From positions 1,344,001-1,408,000 of the forward strand of contig CAVUVW010000013.1 of the NCBI GenBank assembly GCA_963745035.1: a DNA stretch of 64,000 nucleotides, in the 5' to 3' direction. The notes under the pieces are model-generated. The model ran no database searches and was not told where the DNA came from. It worked only from the letters and a program-made list of their open reading frames with translations. The stretch is from an uncultured delta proteobacterium. Its GTDB lineage: Bacteria > Desulfobacterota > Binatia > UBA9968. The position numbers and the translations under genes were made by a program. Within the stretch, counting starts at the first letter, position 1. The number at the start of each line of letters is the position of its first letter. Shown here one piece after another: positions 31,796 through 41,902 of this stretch.

Positions 31796-32191
31796 CTAAT
31801 CACCCGCGGCAGCGGTCGGCTCCTCGCTCAACTGCTCGATCAGGTTGCCGCGCGAGAACGGCTTGCGCAAAATCTTGGCGGCAAATTGTTTGGTCTCTTG
31901 CTCCAACGCACCGCGATATTCCTCAACCGCCGCGCTCATGTAAACGGTCCGCACCCGCGGATTGATGCTGCGAATGCACTGCATCATGCCGATGCCGTCG
32001 AGTTGGGGCATCTGGATATCTGTGACTACCCAGTCGGTGGGTTCGTGGAAATAGCTGTTGTAGCCGTGAATGCCGTCGCGCGCGGTGCGTGTCTCGAAAC
32101 CTTCGGCGCTGAGGGCGAGGGCGAGGATCTGCGCCAAGCCTTCGTCGTCTTCGACGACCAAAACGGATTCGCCCCGCGATGACATGATCAT
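31796..32191 (-). CDS. Single-domain response regulator
   Basis: VLVVEDDE, VTDIQMPQLDG, MSA, KPF. Confidence 0.85.
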   Translation of the reverse strand: MIMSSRGESVLVVEDDEGLAQILALALSAEGFETRTARDGIHGYNSYFHEPTDWVVTDIQMPQLDGIGMMQCIRSINPRVRTVYMSAAVEEYRGALEQETKQFAAKILRKPFSRGNLIEQLSEEPTAAAGD

Positions 32192-32339
32192 TTCCCCTGG
32201 AATCAACGTGAGCAATCCGTATTCCACTTGAAAACGAGCGCCGAAACGGCATCTTTCGCAAAAATGATTGAGCTTTTCCTCCAAGCACCGCGGCGCTTGA
32301 AGGATTACCCCTACGGCGAGCTATGAGCGGAAGGAAAGA

Positions 32340-33764
32340 CTAATTCGGCAGTCCGGGCTTGGATTTTTTGAATTCGTGGGCGTTTAAGTCGTGCTTTTTC
32401 AGCAGGTCATAAAAATCCGCCCGGTATTTGCCGGCGAGCTTGGCGGCTTGGCTGACGTTCCCCTCGGTCATCGACAAGACTTGAATAAGATAATCCCGCT
32501 CGAAGGCGTCACGCGCGTCCTTCAATGGCTTCAAACCCGCGCTCGGCTCTTCCCTCAACTCCAGCGCCGAGCTCGGCACCCGCTCCGGCGTAAAGCTTCT
32601 GCCCTGGAGAATGTAGTCCTCGGTCACCGTATCGCTTTGGGTCATAGCGACCGCGTATTCGACCGTGTTTTCCAGTTCGCGCACGTTGCCCGGCCAGTCA
32701 TGCATCATCAGCTTGCGCAGCGCATCGGGAGTCAGACCCTTCACGTCTTTTTTCATGTGCTCACCGTACTTTTTAAGAAAGTGCTCGAGCAGCGGCATGA
32801 TATCATCCTTGCGCTCGCGCAGCGGCGGCAAGTAAACCGGAATGACGTGAATCCGATAGAACAAGTCGTCGCGAAACAGGCCCTTGCGTACCTGATCCTC
32901 CAGATCCTTGTTGGTCGCGACGATCACTCGAACGTCGACTTCCATCGGCACCTCGCTGCCGACCGGATAAAATTGCCGCTCCTGCAAAACGCGCAGGAGC
33001 TTGGATTGGGTCGAGCGCGGCATATCGCCGATCTCGTCGAGAAACAGCGTGCCGCCGTGGGCCTGGGTAAACAGACCGCGCGTGCTCTTCACCGCTCCGG
33101 TGAATGCTCCTCTTTCGTGGCCGAACAACTCGCTTTCCAGCAGCGACTCGGGCAGCGCGGCGCAGTTGAGCGCCACGAAGGCCTTGTCCTTTCGATTGCT
33201 GGCGAGATGAATCGCCTTGGCGATAAGCTCCTTTCCGGTGCCGCTCTCGCCGTGGATATGGACCGTGGAATCGAGCTTGGCGATGCGCGACACCACGTCC
33301 AGCACCGCGCGCATCTTGCCGCTGCGCGCGATGATATTGGTGAAATCGTAGCGCTCGTTGATAATGTCCTTGAGCCGCTGAATTTCATAATTGAGCTTGC
33401 GATTTTCGAGCGCGCGATCGATCTGCAGCAGCAGGTCCGGCGGCTCGAACGGCTTGGTCAGATAGCTGTAGGCGCCCCGGCGCATCGCTTCCACCGCGCT
33501 CTCGATGCTGCCGTGCGCGGTGAGAATGATGGTCGGCACGTCGGGATTGATGCCGCGAAACTCGTCCATCAAGGCCAGGCCGTCGCCATTGGCGAGCATC
33601 AGATCGACGATGCACAGATCGAAAAACTTTTCCTTGAGCTCGCGCACCGCTTCGAGCTCGTCGCCCGTAGCGATCACCTCGTAGTCGGCCGACTCGAGCC
33701 GCATGCGGATCAACTCCAGAAGATTCGGATTGTCATCGACGACAAGAATTTGTCCTTTAGCCAT
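32340..33764 (-). CDS. Sigma54-dependent response regulator (GlrR/QseF-like)
   Basis: [46 protein letters not shown]. Confidence 0.92.
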   Translation of the reverse strand: MAKGQILVVDDNPNLLELIRMRLESADYEVIATGDELEAVRELKEKFFDLCIVDLMLANGDGLALMDEFRGINPDVPTIILTAHGSIESAVEAMRRGAYSYLTKPFEPPDLLLQIDRALENRKLNYEIQRLKDIINERYDFTNIIARSGKMRAVLDVVSRIAKLDSTVHIHGESGTGKELIAKAIHLASNRKDKAFVALNCAALPESLLESELFGHERGAFTGAVKSTRGLFTQAHGGTLFLDEIGDMPRSTQSKLLRVLQERQFYPVGSEVPMEVDVRVIVATNKDLEDQVRKGLFRDDLFYRIHVIPVYLPPLRERKDDIMPLLEHFLKKYGEHMKKDVKGLTPDALRKLMMHDWPGNVRELENTVEYAVAMTQSDTVTEDYILQGRSFTPERVPSSALELREEPSAGLKPLKDARDAFERDYLIQVLSMTEGNVSQAAKLAGKYRADFYDLLKKHDLNAHEFKKSKPGLPN

Positions 33765-33772
33765 GTCGCTTT

Positions 33773-34378
33773 CTACCTGCGGTCGCGCCGCTTCTGGTCG
33801 ATCTCGATGTCCACCTGCTTGGACTTTTCGATGACTTGTTTGGTCTTTTCGATCTCATGCCTGGTCTTTTCCAATTCGAGCCGCGATTTTTCGATTTCCT
33901 GCTTAGATCTTTCCACCGCTTGGCGGTTCTTCTCCAATTCGTCCTGCCACTTTTCCATCGCCCGGCGCGACGCTTCGACGTCTTGCCTGGCCTGCTCGGC
34001 CTCTTTCAAGACACCGATCCAGGCCTGCGACTCCTCCACCCACAAACTCGACGGATAGGCGGATACGACCTGAGCAAACGCCGCCTTGGCTTTTGCCAAG
34101 TCTCTTTGGGGATTGTCCGGGTGCGCGTGGACGATCCCCGTTTTGTACACCGCCGCGTCGGCCGGCGACTTGTCGCGCGCCGCTAGCGCGACGCTCTGAA
34201 AGGCGCGCAGCGAGCCTTCGTAGTCGCCGCCGACCAGCAGGCGCTCGCCGCTCTGCATGATTTCGCCCATCGCGCGCTCCGGGCTCGCATCCCGCCCGAG
34301 ACTGCAACCGGCGACACATACTAACAAGGCAAGACAAAAATAAAAGTGCTGCCGTTGCCCGGCTCGCTCTCGGCCCAT
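33773..34378 (-). CDS. TPR/coiled-coil lipoprotein (QseG-like accessory)
   Basis: CVAGC lipobox, HPDNPQRD...YPSS, C-terminal coiled coil; sits between kinase and regulator. Confidence 0.7.
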   Translation of the reverse strand: MGRERAGQRQHFYFCLALLVCVAGCSLGRDASPERAMGEIMQSGERLLVGGDYEGSLRAFQSVALAARDKSPADAAVYKTGIVHAHPDNPQRDLAKAKAAFAQVVSAYPSSLWVEESQAWIGVLKEAEQARQDVEASRRAMEKWQDELEKNRQAVERSKQEIEKSRLELEKTRHEIEKTKQVIEKSKQVDIEIDQKRRDRR

Positions 34379-35764
34379 ATTTTCCCGCCGTGAGAGGTAA
34401 TGATCGTTTTGGCGATCGCCAAGCCCAGCCCGGTGCCCTGGCGCGCGTACGGTGTCTGACGATTTCCCTGGTTAAATTTTTCGAAAATCGAAGTCAAGCT
34501 TTCCGCCGGAATTCCCGGTCCCGAGTCTTTCACAGAAATTTCCAGTTTGCCATTGGCCGGTTTCGCGGCGATGCGCACCAGCCCGCCGTTGGGCGTAAAT
34601 TTCACCGCGTTGCCGAGCAAATTGCGCAGCACCTGGAGAATGCGCTCGGAATCGACCCGCACCGGCCGCAGCGCGCCGTCGACGGCGCTTTCCAGCCGGA
34701 TTTTCTTGGCTTCGACCAGAGGCGCGATCTCGGCGAGCGCGCGCTTGATCAAAGGCTCCAGATGGGTGACCTCGAAATCGTAGATCATCATGCCGGCTTC
34801 CATCTTGGAAAGATCCAGCAGCGAGTTGACCACGTTGATCAGGCGATTGCTTTCTTCGGCGAGTATGCCGAGAAGCTTGCGTTGCTTGTCCGTGGTCTCG
34901 CCGCCCACGCCATCGAGCAACAGCCCGGTGCCCTCTTTGATCGAAGTGAGCGGCGTGCGCAGCTCGTGCGACATGGAAGCGAAGAAATCCGCCTTCAAGC
35001 GATCGAGCTCGTGCAGCTTTTCGCACATGGAGTTGATCGCGGCAGCCAATTCGCCGATCTCCGGCGGCGAGCGCACCAGCAATTTTCCTTCAAAATTTCC
35101 GTCGGCGATCTCCCGCGTCTTGTGTTTCAACAAAGCGATGGGCCGGGTGATGCTTTTGGTGATCCACAGCGACAGCAGGACGATGGCGAGCAGGCAGGCA
35201 ACCGAGATCAGAGTAGAGACCTCGCGCGCTTGGTCCGCGGCGGTGGCCAGGTCGGTGACCTTGGCGTAGGTCAACTGCTGTTGATTGACGCGCAGTCTCT
35301 CGAACGACCCCAGCATGGAATCGATCAGCGCGTCTTTATCCTGCTTGAATTGGGCCCACTGGTAGGGCTTGCCCGCGCGCACGAGCCGACCTTCGCCGCT
35401 CGACAATCTCGTCGTAGCGACGAAAATCCCGGCCGATGCGCTGCAGGATCGGAGTCGCAGCCGCATCTTGCAATTGGAGCGCGCTTTCCAAGCGCCCTTC
35501 GAACTCGATCTTGAGCCGCACGAATTGCAGGTACCACGTCTCGTCCCGAGTGATCGCGAATTTCTGCTCGGCGCGGCTCTGCGCCAGCAGCAGATCGGCC
35601 AGCGTCTTCTCGTGATCGAGAATGCGGTTGTCGACCTTGAGAATCGACTCGGTGAGCCGGCGAAAGTCGCGCAGTTGCAGCACGGCATGCGCGCCGGCGA
35701 GCGCGACCGCGAGGAAAATCGCCAGATAACCGAACGTCAGGCGCGAAAACAGGCTCAACCGCAC
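34321..35764 (-). CDS. HAMP sensor histidine kinase (GlrK/QseE-like), frameshift near 35390
   Basis: Two TMs, HAMP, MSHELRTPL, NAVKFT, GTGLGL. Confidence 0.85.
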
Positions 35765-35797
35765 GTGGGTGGCTTCCTCGCTTTGGACCGCGCACGA

Positions 35798-36931
35798 CTA
35801 CCGCGCTCGGGAGCCCGGCGCGAGATCGCAAAGTTCCTGCTGCTCCGTGTCAGCGGCCAGCAATTTTTGCGAGAACTGCTCCAGGCGCCGGTCGGCATTT
35901 TGGTAGCCGGATTGGGCGTGCGTCAAATGCTTTCCCAGCAGCGCGAACTCTTCACGAAATTTGGCGAAGTCGCCTTGCAGGCGGCTCAGATACTGAATGA
36001 TCTCTTGGGCGCGGTCTTCGATCTTCATGCCCCGCAGGCCCAGCACGATCGCCTGGAGATAGGCATACAAGCTATTCGGCGAAACCGGCACCACGCGTTT
36101 GGCCATCGCGTACTGGGTCAAATTCTTCTCGTCCGCTGCGTCATCCTTGATGATCGTTTCATAATAAACGTTTTCCGCCGGGATATACATGAGCGCGAAA
36201 TCATAGGTGCCCTCGTCGGGAAGAATGTATTTGCCGGCGATGGCGTCGATATGCTTTCTCACGTCGGCGGCGAACTGCTTTTTTGCCCGGTTCTTTTCCT
36301 CCTCGCTGGCCGCTTCCAGGATGCGTTTGAAGTTCTCGAGGGGAAACTTGGCGTCGACCGGAACCAGCGCGGCGCCGAGCTTGATCACCGCGTCGACCTT
36401 CTCGCCGCTGCGAAAACCGTGCTGCGTGGAAAAGTGCTGCAGCGGCAGGATCTGGGCCAGCAGATCCTCCAGAAAAAACTCCCCCAAGCCGCCGCGCAGT
36501 TTCGGCGCGCGCAAGATTTCCTGCAGCGAAGCGATATCCTTGCCCACCTCAAAAATTTTGCGATTGGCTTCTTCCAGGCCGCCGAGGCTGCGCTCGACGC
36601 TGCCGACCACGCGCGCCGCGTTGTCCAGGCGCTCGCCCAGGCTGCGCTGGGTCAGGTTCAACACTTCGGCGTTTTCCCGCAGCCGCTCGTTGACATGGCC
36701 GAGGAGCTGGCCCAACTGCTGCTGGATCGACTGCGCGTTGCCGTCCAACGCCTGGCCAAACTGCGCGCGCAGCTGCTCGATCTGCTGCTGCAGCAACAGC
36801 AGCGAAGCGTCGTCGTTCTTCTCTTGGAGAACCGCGCGCAAGCGGCTGGTAAACCACCAACCGAGAAGCGTCAAAACCAGGACCGCGAGGAGAAGGATGA
36901 GAGCGAAGAGAGTAACGGGTTCCACGATCAC
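35798..36931 (-). CDS. rmuC: DNA recombination protein RmuC
   Basis: RGGLGE, VPVDAKFP, DFALMYIPAENVY. Confidence 0.92.
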   Translation of the reverse strand: MIVEPVTLFALILLLAVLVLTLLGWWFTSRLRAVLQEKNDDASLLLLQQQIEQLRAQFGQALDGNAQSIQQQLGQLLGHVNERLRENAEVLNLTQRSLGERLDNAARVVGSVERSLGGLEEANRKIFEVGKDIASLQEILRAPKLRGGLGEFFLEDLLAQILPLQHFSTQHGFRSGEKVDAVIKLGAALVPVDAKFPLENFKRILEAASEEEKNRAKKQFAADVRKHIDAIAGKYILPDEGTYDFALMYIPAENVYYETIIKDDAADEKNLTQYAMAKRVVPVSPNSLYAYLQAIVLGLRGMKIEDRAQEIIQYLSRLQGDFAKFREEFALLGKHLTHAQSGYQNADRRLEQFSQKLLAADTEQQELCDLAPGSRAR

Positions 36932-36941
36932 CGTGAGCGCA

Positions 36942-37154
36942 TCAGAGGAGTCTCACGGCGTATTCGAGGATCTCGCTGAGCTTGCGAATTTGTGTGGCGC
37001 GCATGGAGCGTTCTTCGCGGGGGGCGTTGAAGTAATCGTCGACGCTTTTTTTCATGTTCCATTCGAGCAACTCAACGCATTGCTCGATGCTCATTTTCTC
37101 CGAACGGCGACGGCGCGCCTGATGCAGTTCGCGGATCTGGATGAGCTGGCCCAT
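36942..37154 (-). CDS. Small hypothetical protein (70 aa)
   Basis: MGQLIQIRELHQARRRR...LSEILEYAVRLL; fills the operon gap between aguA and rmuC. Confidence 0.55.
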   Translation of the reverse strand: MGQLIQIRELHQARRRRSEKMSIEQCVELLEWNMKKSVDDYFNAPREERSMRATQIRKLSEILEYAVRLL

Positions 37155-37188
37155 ACAAGCGGCTAGAATAGGGGAGTGAAAAGATTTG

Positions 37189-38265
37189 TCAAGGCCGCAG
37201 CGCGGTTGGCGCCGGCTCCTGCTGCGTGACGCAGTGAATCGCGCCCAAGCCGCCGACCGCTTCGTTGCAGCGCAGGCCGACGACTTTTCGGCGCGGGAAC
37301 AATTCCTGTAAAATCCCCAGCGCCGCGACATCGCTGGGATCGTCGAACACGGGAACCAAAACGACTTCATTGGCGATATAAAAATTGGCGTAGCTCGCCG
37401 GCAGGCGCGCGCCGTCGAAGACCACCGCCGCCGGGCAGGGCATTTTCACCACCGAAAGCTTTTTGCCGTTTTGATCAGTGGCGCTTTGCAGGCGCTCGAA
37501 GTTCTCTTGCAGCGCGCGGTAATTTTCATCCTTGGGATCGCTTTCGACGATGCACGCGACCGTCGTCGGATCGACGAAGCGCGCGAGGTCGTCGATATGG
37601 CCGTCCGTGTCGTCGCCGGCGATGCCTTCGCCGAGCCAAACAAAGTGGCTCACCCCCAACGCCCCCTTGAGCCGCTCTTCGATCTCGTCCCGGCTCAGAT
37701 GCGGGTTGCGGTTTTTGTTCAAAAGACACTGTTCGGTCGTCAAGCAGGTGCCGGCGCCGTTGACTTCGATGGAGCCGCCTTCGAGAACCATATCGTGCTC
37801 GAAAACCGGAACGTCGAGCAGTGAAACGATTTCTCGCGCGACCCGATCGTCCTCTTCGTAAGCCTTATATTTGCCGCCCCAACCGTTGAAGATCCAATCG
37901 TTGCACGCCAGCGGCCGATCGCCCGAAGCGCGCGTGACAAACGTCGGGCCGTAGTCGCGCATCCAGACATCGACCGTCGGAATCGTCAGCAGCGTCACGT
38001 TGTCCAAAGCGGTGCCGGCATTTTTCAGGCGCGCGCCGACGTCGCGTTTCGCGGTTTCGTCATTCACCAGCAGACAGACGCGCTCGTAGGGCGCCAGCGC
38101 GGCGACTATCTGGATCCACACCTCGCGCACGTTTTCCAAAAAAGCCGGCCAGGTTTCCCGGTTGTGCGGCCAAGCAAGCCACGTGGCACGATGGGGCGCC
38201 CACTCGGCGGGCATCGAGTAGCCGAGCGAGCTCGGCGTGACGTCGGCCGCCTTCGTCGTGGTCAT
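37189..38265 (-). CDS. aguA: Agmatine deiminase
   Basis: MPAEWAPH, WMRDYGP, EGGSIE, DDTDGHID, GAIHCVTQQ. Confidence 0.92.
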   Translation of the reverse strand: MTTTKAADVTPSSLGYSMPAEWAPHRATWLAWPHNRETWPAFLENVREVWIQIVAALAPYERVCLLVNDETAKRDVGARLKNAGTALDNVTLLTIPTVDVWMRDYGPTFVTRASGDRPLACNDWIFNGWGGKYKAYEEDDRVAREIVSLLDVPVFEHDMVLEGGSIEVNGAGTCLTTEQCLLNKNRNPHLSRDEIEERLKGALGVSHFVWLGEGIAGDDTDGHIDDLARFVDPTTVACIVESDPKDENYRALQENFERLQSATDQNGKKLSVVKMPCPAAVVFDGARLPASYANFYIANEVVLVPVFDDPSDVAALGILQELFPRRKVVGLRCNEAVGGLGAIHCVTQQEPAPTALRP

Positions 38266-39188
38266 GGGGACACCGGAGAAAGCGCGGGGCGGGCGGCGCG
38301 CTGGCGATCGTCGAGCGCGCGCTCGAGCAGCGCGCCGTAAGCGTCGATGCGCCGGTCGCGCAGGAACGGCCAGCTCTGGCGTGTCTCTTCGATCCGCGCC
38401 AGATCGCACTTGGCGAGCAATATTTCTTCGCGCTCGCCGCCCGCGTGGGCGACGATTTCGCCCAAGGGACCGGCGACGAACGAATGGCCCCAGAATTTGA
38501 TCTTGCCCTCACGGCCCACCCGATTCACCGCCGCGACGTAGACGCCGTTGGCCACCGCGTGCGAGCGCTGGATCAACTCCCACGCCGCGCGCTGCTGCTG
38601 CGCGATTGCCCGCGGCTCGTTGGGGATCCAGCCGATGGCGGTCGGATAGACGAGAATCTGCGCGCCGGAGAGCGCGGCCAGGCGCGCGCCTTCCGGGAAC
38701 CACTGGTCCCAACAAACCAGCGCGCCGATTTTCGCGTAGCGCGTGGAAAAGCTCGGAAAGCCGAGGTCGCCGGGGGTGAAGTAGAATTTTTCATAGTAGA
38801 GCGGGTCGTCGGGGATGTGCATTTTGCGGTAAATGCCTGCAATCGCGCCATCGGCATCGATGACGACCGCGGTATTGTGATAAACCCCGGCTGAGCGCCT
38901 TTCAAAGATCGAGGCGACGATGACAACTTCGCGCTCGGCCGCGAGCGCGCTCAAGGCCTCCGTCGTCGGTCCCGGGATCGACTCGGCGAGCTTGAAGTTC
39001 TTGTGGTTCTCGCTCTGGCAGAAATAACGCGAGCGAAACAACTCTTGCAGGCAAACGATCTGCGCGCCCTTCTTCGCCGCCGCCTTGATCCTCTCGCCCG
39101 CCTTTTCCAGATTGGCGGCAAGATTGTCTCCCGCGCTCATCTGAATCAGCCCCAGCGTCACCCGGTCTTTGTTCGAATTTCGCGCCAT
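38262..39188 (-). CDS. aguB: N-carbamoylputrescine amidase (carbon-nitrogen hydrolase)
   Basis: LQELF, YRKMHIPDDP.YYEKFYFTPGD, VCWDQWFPE; ATGA overlap with aguA. Confidence 0.88.
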   Translation of the reverse strand: MARNSNKDRVTLGLIQMSAGDNLAANLEKAGERIKAAAKKGAQIVCLQELFRSRYFCQSENHKNFKLAESIPGPTTEALSALAAEREVVIVASIFERRSAGVYHNTAVVIDADGAIAGIYRKMHIPDDPLYYEKFYFTPGDLGFPSFSTRYAKIGALVCWDQWFPEGARLAALSGAQILVYPTAIGWIPNEPRAIAQQQRAAWELIQRSHAVANGVYVAAVNRVGREGKIKFWGHSFVAGPLGEIVAHAGGEREEILLAKCDLARIEETRQSWPFLRDRRIDAYGALLERALDDRQRAARPALSPVSP

Positions 39189-39226
39189 GGTTTTTGCTCG
39201 TTGCGATCACTCTACAGTCTAAAGAC

Positions 39227-39267
39227 AAAAAAAGGGAGAGGAAAGGCTTCTCCCCTTTCCTCTCCCT
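39227..39267 (-). terminator. Rho-independent terminator
   Basis: AGGGAGAGGAAAGG/CCTTTCCTCTCCCT stem followed by a T-run on the minus strand. Confidence 0.75.
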
Positions 39268-39286
39268 GAAAATAGCTTGCGCAAGT

Positions 39287-40006
39287 CTACTTCAGATGCT
39301 GCGCGAAGAACGATTTGGTCTTCTCCCAGGCGTCTTTGGCGGAAGCTTCATGGTAGCTGCCGCGGTCGTCGCAGTTAAAGCCGTGGCCGGCTTCGGGATA
39401 AACCTCCATTTGAAAGGGCACTTTCTTCGACGTCAATTCGGTTTTGATCTGGCCCACTTGATCCATCGGGATCAGCTGATCCTTGGCGCCGAAAAAGAGA
39501 TACATCGGACATTTAATCTCGCCGGTGCGCGAAAGCGGGCTCGGATTGCCCATCGGAATGCCGCCGCCGTAGTACGGCACCGCTGCTTTGATATCATTGG
39601 CGTGATGCGCCGCCGTCAAATAGGTAAGGCGTCCGCCCATGCAAAACCCTACTACGCCGATGGAACCGCCCTTTACGTTGCTTTCGGCTTTGAGGTGCGC
39701 GATGGCCGCGCCGACATCTTCCATCGCCTTGGGGTCTTGGACCCGCTGCAAGGTTGCGATCGCCTTGGGCATCTCGGAGTAGGGAATCACGCGCTCCGCT
39801 TCGCGGTGAAAAATGTCGGGGGCGATGGCGACGTAGCCTTCCGCGGCGATGCGGTCGGTGACTTTCTTGATATGGTCGTTGACCCCGAAGGCTTCTTGAA
39901 TGACGACGATGCCGGGATACGGCCCGCCGTCTTTCGGCTGCGCGACATAGGCATCCATCTTGCCGTCGGAAGTATTGAGCTGAAGAGTTTTGCTGGTGGT
40001 GTCCAT
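39287..40006 (-). CDS. Dienelactone hydrolase family protein
   Basis: IQEAFGVN, GFCMGG nucleophile, AGHGF. Confidence 0.92.
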   Translation of the reverse strand: MDTTSKTLQLNTSDGKMDAYVAQPKDGGPYPGIVVIQEAFGVNDHIKKVTDRIAAEGYVAIAPDIFHREAERVIPYSEMPKAIATLQRVQDPKAMEDVGAAIAHLKAESNVKGGSIGVVGFCMGGRLTYLTAAHHANDIKAAVPYYGGGIPMGNPSPLSRTGEIKCPMYLFFGAKDQLIPMDQVGQIKTELTSKKVPFQMEVYPEAGHGFNCDDRGSYHEASAKDAWEKTKSFFAQHLK

Positions 40007-40086
40007 GATTCCTCCTCCGTCGCGGGCATGAATTTTGAAAAAATTTTCTATCAGATTTTCTCCAGGGGGTCTACTCTCCGATCCAA

Positions 40087-40929
40087 TTAATGCCGGCAGA
40101 AGTCCAAAATGCGATCGCACACTTTCTGTGTCGTCTGTTCCGGCGGCATGACGTTCCAGAAATCGGCCTTTGGCAAAAGCTCGCGCAAATAATGCGCGCC
40201 GGAGGTGGCGTGCGATGGATCGTCGCCGGGGATGATGAGAGCCGGCGCTTTGATGCCCAGCACCTCTTCAGGCTCGGCCCCCGGCGCGGTATCGCGGTCG
40301 AATAAACTGCGGCCGCTGGTAACGATCATGCCGAGGTATTTCTCGAAATCGGCCGCGGCGAAGCGCTCGGCGAACGTAGCGTCCCGCGCGATCAGCGCCG
40401 CCCAGGGACCGCCCTCCGGATCCATCCAGAAGGTTTTGCCTCCGCGCGCACGCTCGACCACGCCCTTGAGGCCGTTCTCTTTGGCAAAATTGTAGTGGCG
40501 CACGAAGCGCTCGCCGGCGTTTACCTTCCAGCGATAGCCGCCCACCGGCCAATGCAGAATCAGGCCGCGCGCGGTTTCGGGGTAGTGAACGCCGAAAGCG
40601 AGCGCCACAGAACAACCCATGCAGCCGCCCATGATCCACGCCGATGAGATTTTCAGATGGTCGAGCAGCGCCTTGCCGTGGCGCGTGTAGCTCGCCCAAG
40701 AAAGCCGTTCGACCCGGCCGCCCGACTGGCCGCACTCGCGGCGATCGTAGAGAATCACCGTATGCTCGGCGGCAAGCGCCGTTATCGCGTCCATTCCCGT
40801 CCACGCGCTCGCCACCCGCCACTTATCGACCGTGGCGTCAAAGCCGCCCGGCGCGCACATCAAAAGCGGCGATCCGGAGCCATGGGTTTCATAATAAGTG
40901 TCAATACCATCGACCATCGCATTCGGCAT
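40087..40929 (-). CDS. Alpha/beta hydrolase
   Basis: YDRRECGQS, GGCMG nucleophile elbow, GDDPSH. Confidence 0.85.
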   Translation of the reverse strand: MPNAMVDGIDTYYETHGSGSPLLMCAPGGFDATVDKWRVASAWTGMDAITALAAEHTVILYDRRECGQSGGRVERLSWASYTRHGKALLDHLKISSAWIMGGCMGCSVALAFGVHYPETARGLILHWPVGGYRWKVNAGERFVRHYNFAKENGLKGVVERARGGKTFWMDPEGGPWAALIARDATFAERFAAADFEKYLGMIVTSGRSLFDRDTAPGAEPEEVLGIKAPALIIPGDDPSHATSGAHYLRELLPKADFWNVMPPEQTTQKVCDRILDFCRH

Positions 40930-40950
40930 GAATTTCCTCCTTAAACCTGG

Positions 40951-40994
40951 TCGAGGATCGCGCGCCATTCTCGATCTTCCATCCTCGATCCTCG
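40951..40994. repeat. 7-mer tandem repeat (ATCCTCG) with short inverted arm
   Basis: tcgaggatcg ... attctcg-atcttcc-atcctcg-atcctcg. Confidence 0.65.
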
Positions 40995-41085
40995 TTTCCC
41001 AGCCGCCAACTGGACATCAAAACTTGCGCCACGTAAGATCTAGCACGGCGCACGGCACATTGAAAAGTATTGGGGAGACTAACGC

Positions 41086-41902
41086 GTGAGCGACAAGTCA
41101 ATCGAACAAAAATTCACCCGAATTGCTGGAAGTCATGGCGCGCTTGCGCGGCGAGGCCGGCTGTCCATGGGACAAGGAGCAGACGCACCTCTCTCTCAAG
41201 CCCTGCCTGCTCGAAGAAAGCTACGAGCTTCTCGACGCCTTGGACAGCGGCGATGCGAACAAGCTCAAGGAGGAGTTGGGCGACGTCTTACTCCAAGTGG
41301 TTTTTCACGCCCAGATCGCCCGCGAAGAAGGCCGGTTCACCATCGAAGACGTGATTGCGCAGCTCACTGAAAAACTTATTCGCCGCCATCCCTACGTCTT
41401 TGCCGGCGAGCCGCTGCCCGAGGACACCGCGTCGGTGTTGAAGCAGCGCATGCAAATCAAAGCGAGCGAAAAAGAAGACGGCGAGGTGAAATCGGCGCTC
41501 GGCAACGTGCCCAAAGCCATGCCGGCGTTGGCGCGCGCGCAGTCCATTTCGCGGCGGGCGGCTCATCTCGGCTTCGAGTGGCCTGACATCGAGCAGGTTT
41601 GGAAAAAAGTCGATGAGGAAATCCACGAGCTCAGGGAAGCCGCGGCGTCCGGGAACACATTGCGAACCGGCGAAGAGGTCGGCGATCTGCTCTTTACGCT
41701 CGTCAATATCGCGCGTTTTCTCGACGTCGAATCGGAAGAAGTCCTCGCCCAGACCGTCGATCGCTTCATCCGCCGCTTTCAGCACATCGAAACCAAGCTG
41801 CGCGAGGCGAACAAGAGCTTCGATCAGTCATCGCTCGAGGAAATGGATCGGTATTGGGAAGAAGCCAAGGCGCTCGAAGCCCAAGCAAAAAATCCAAAAT
41901 GA
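41086..41902 (+). CDS. mazG: Nucleoside triphosphate pyrophosphohydrolase MazG (frameshift near 41120)
   Basis: GCPWDKEQT, EELGDVLLQVVFH, RRHP, EEVGDLLF. Confidence 0.9.

Noticed and set aside
32391-36979. Long plus-strand ORFs (555, 374 and 536 aa) and similar antisense ORFs elsewhere
   Set aside because: Shadow frames opposite well-supported genes in GC-rich DNA, with no motifs
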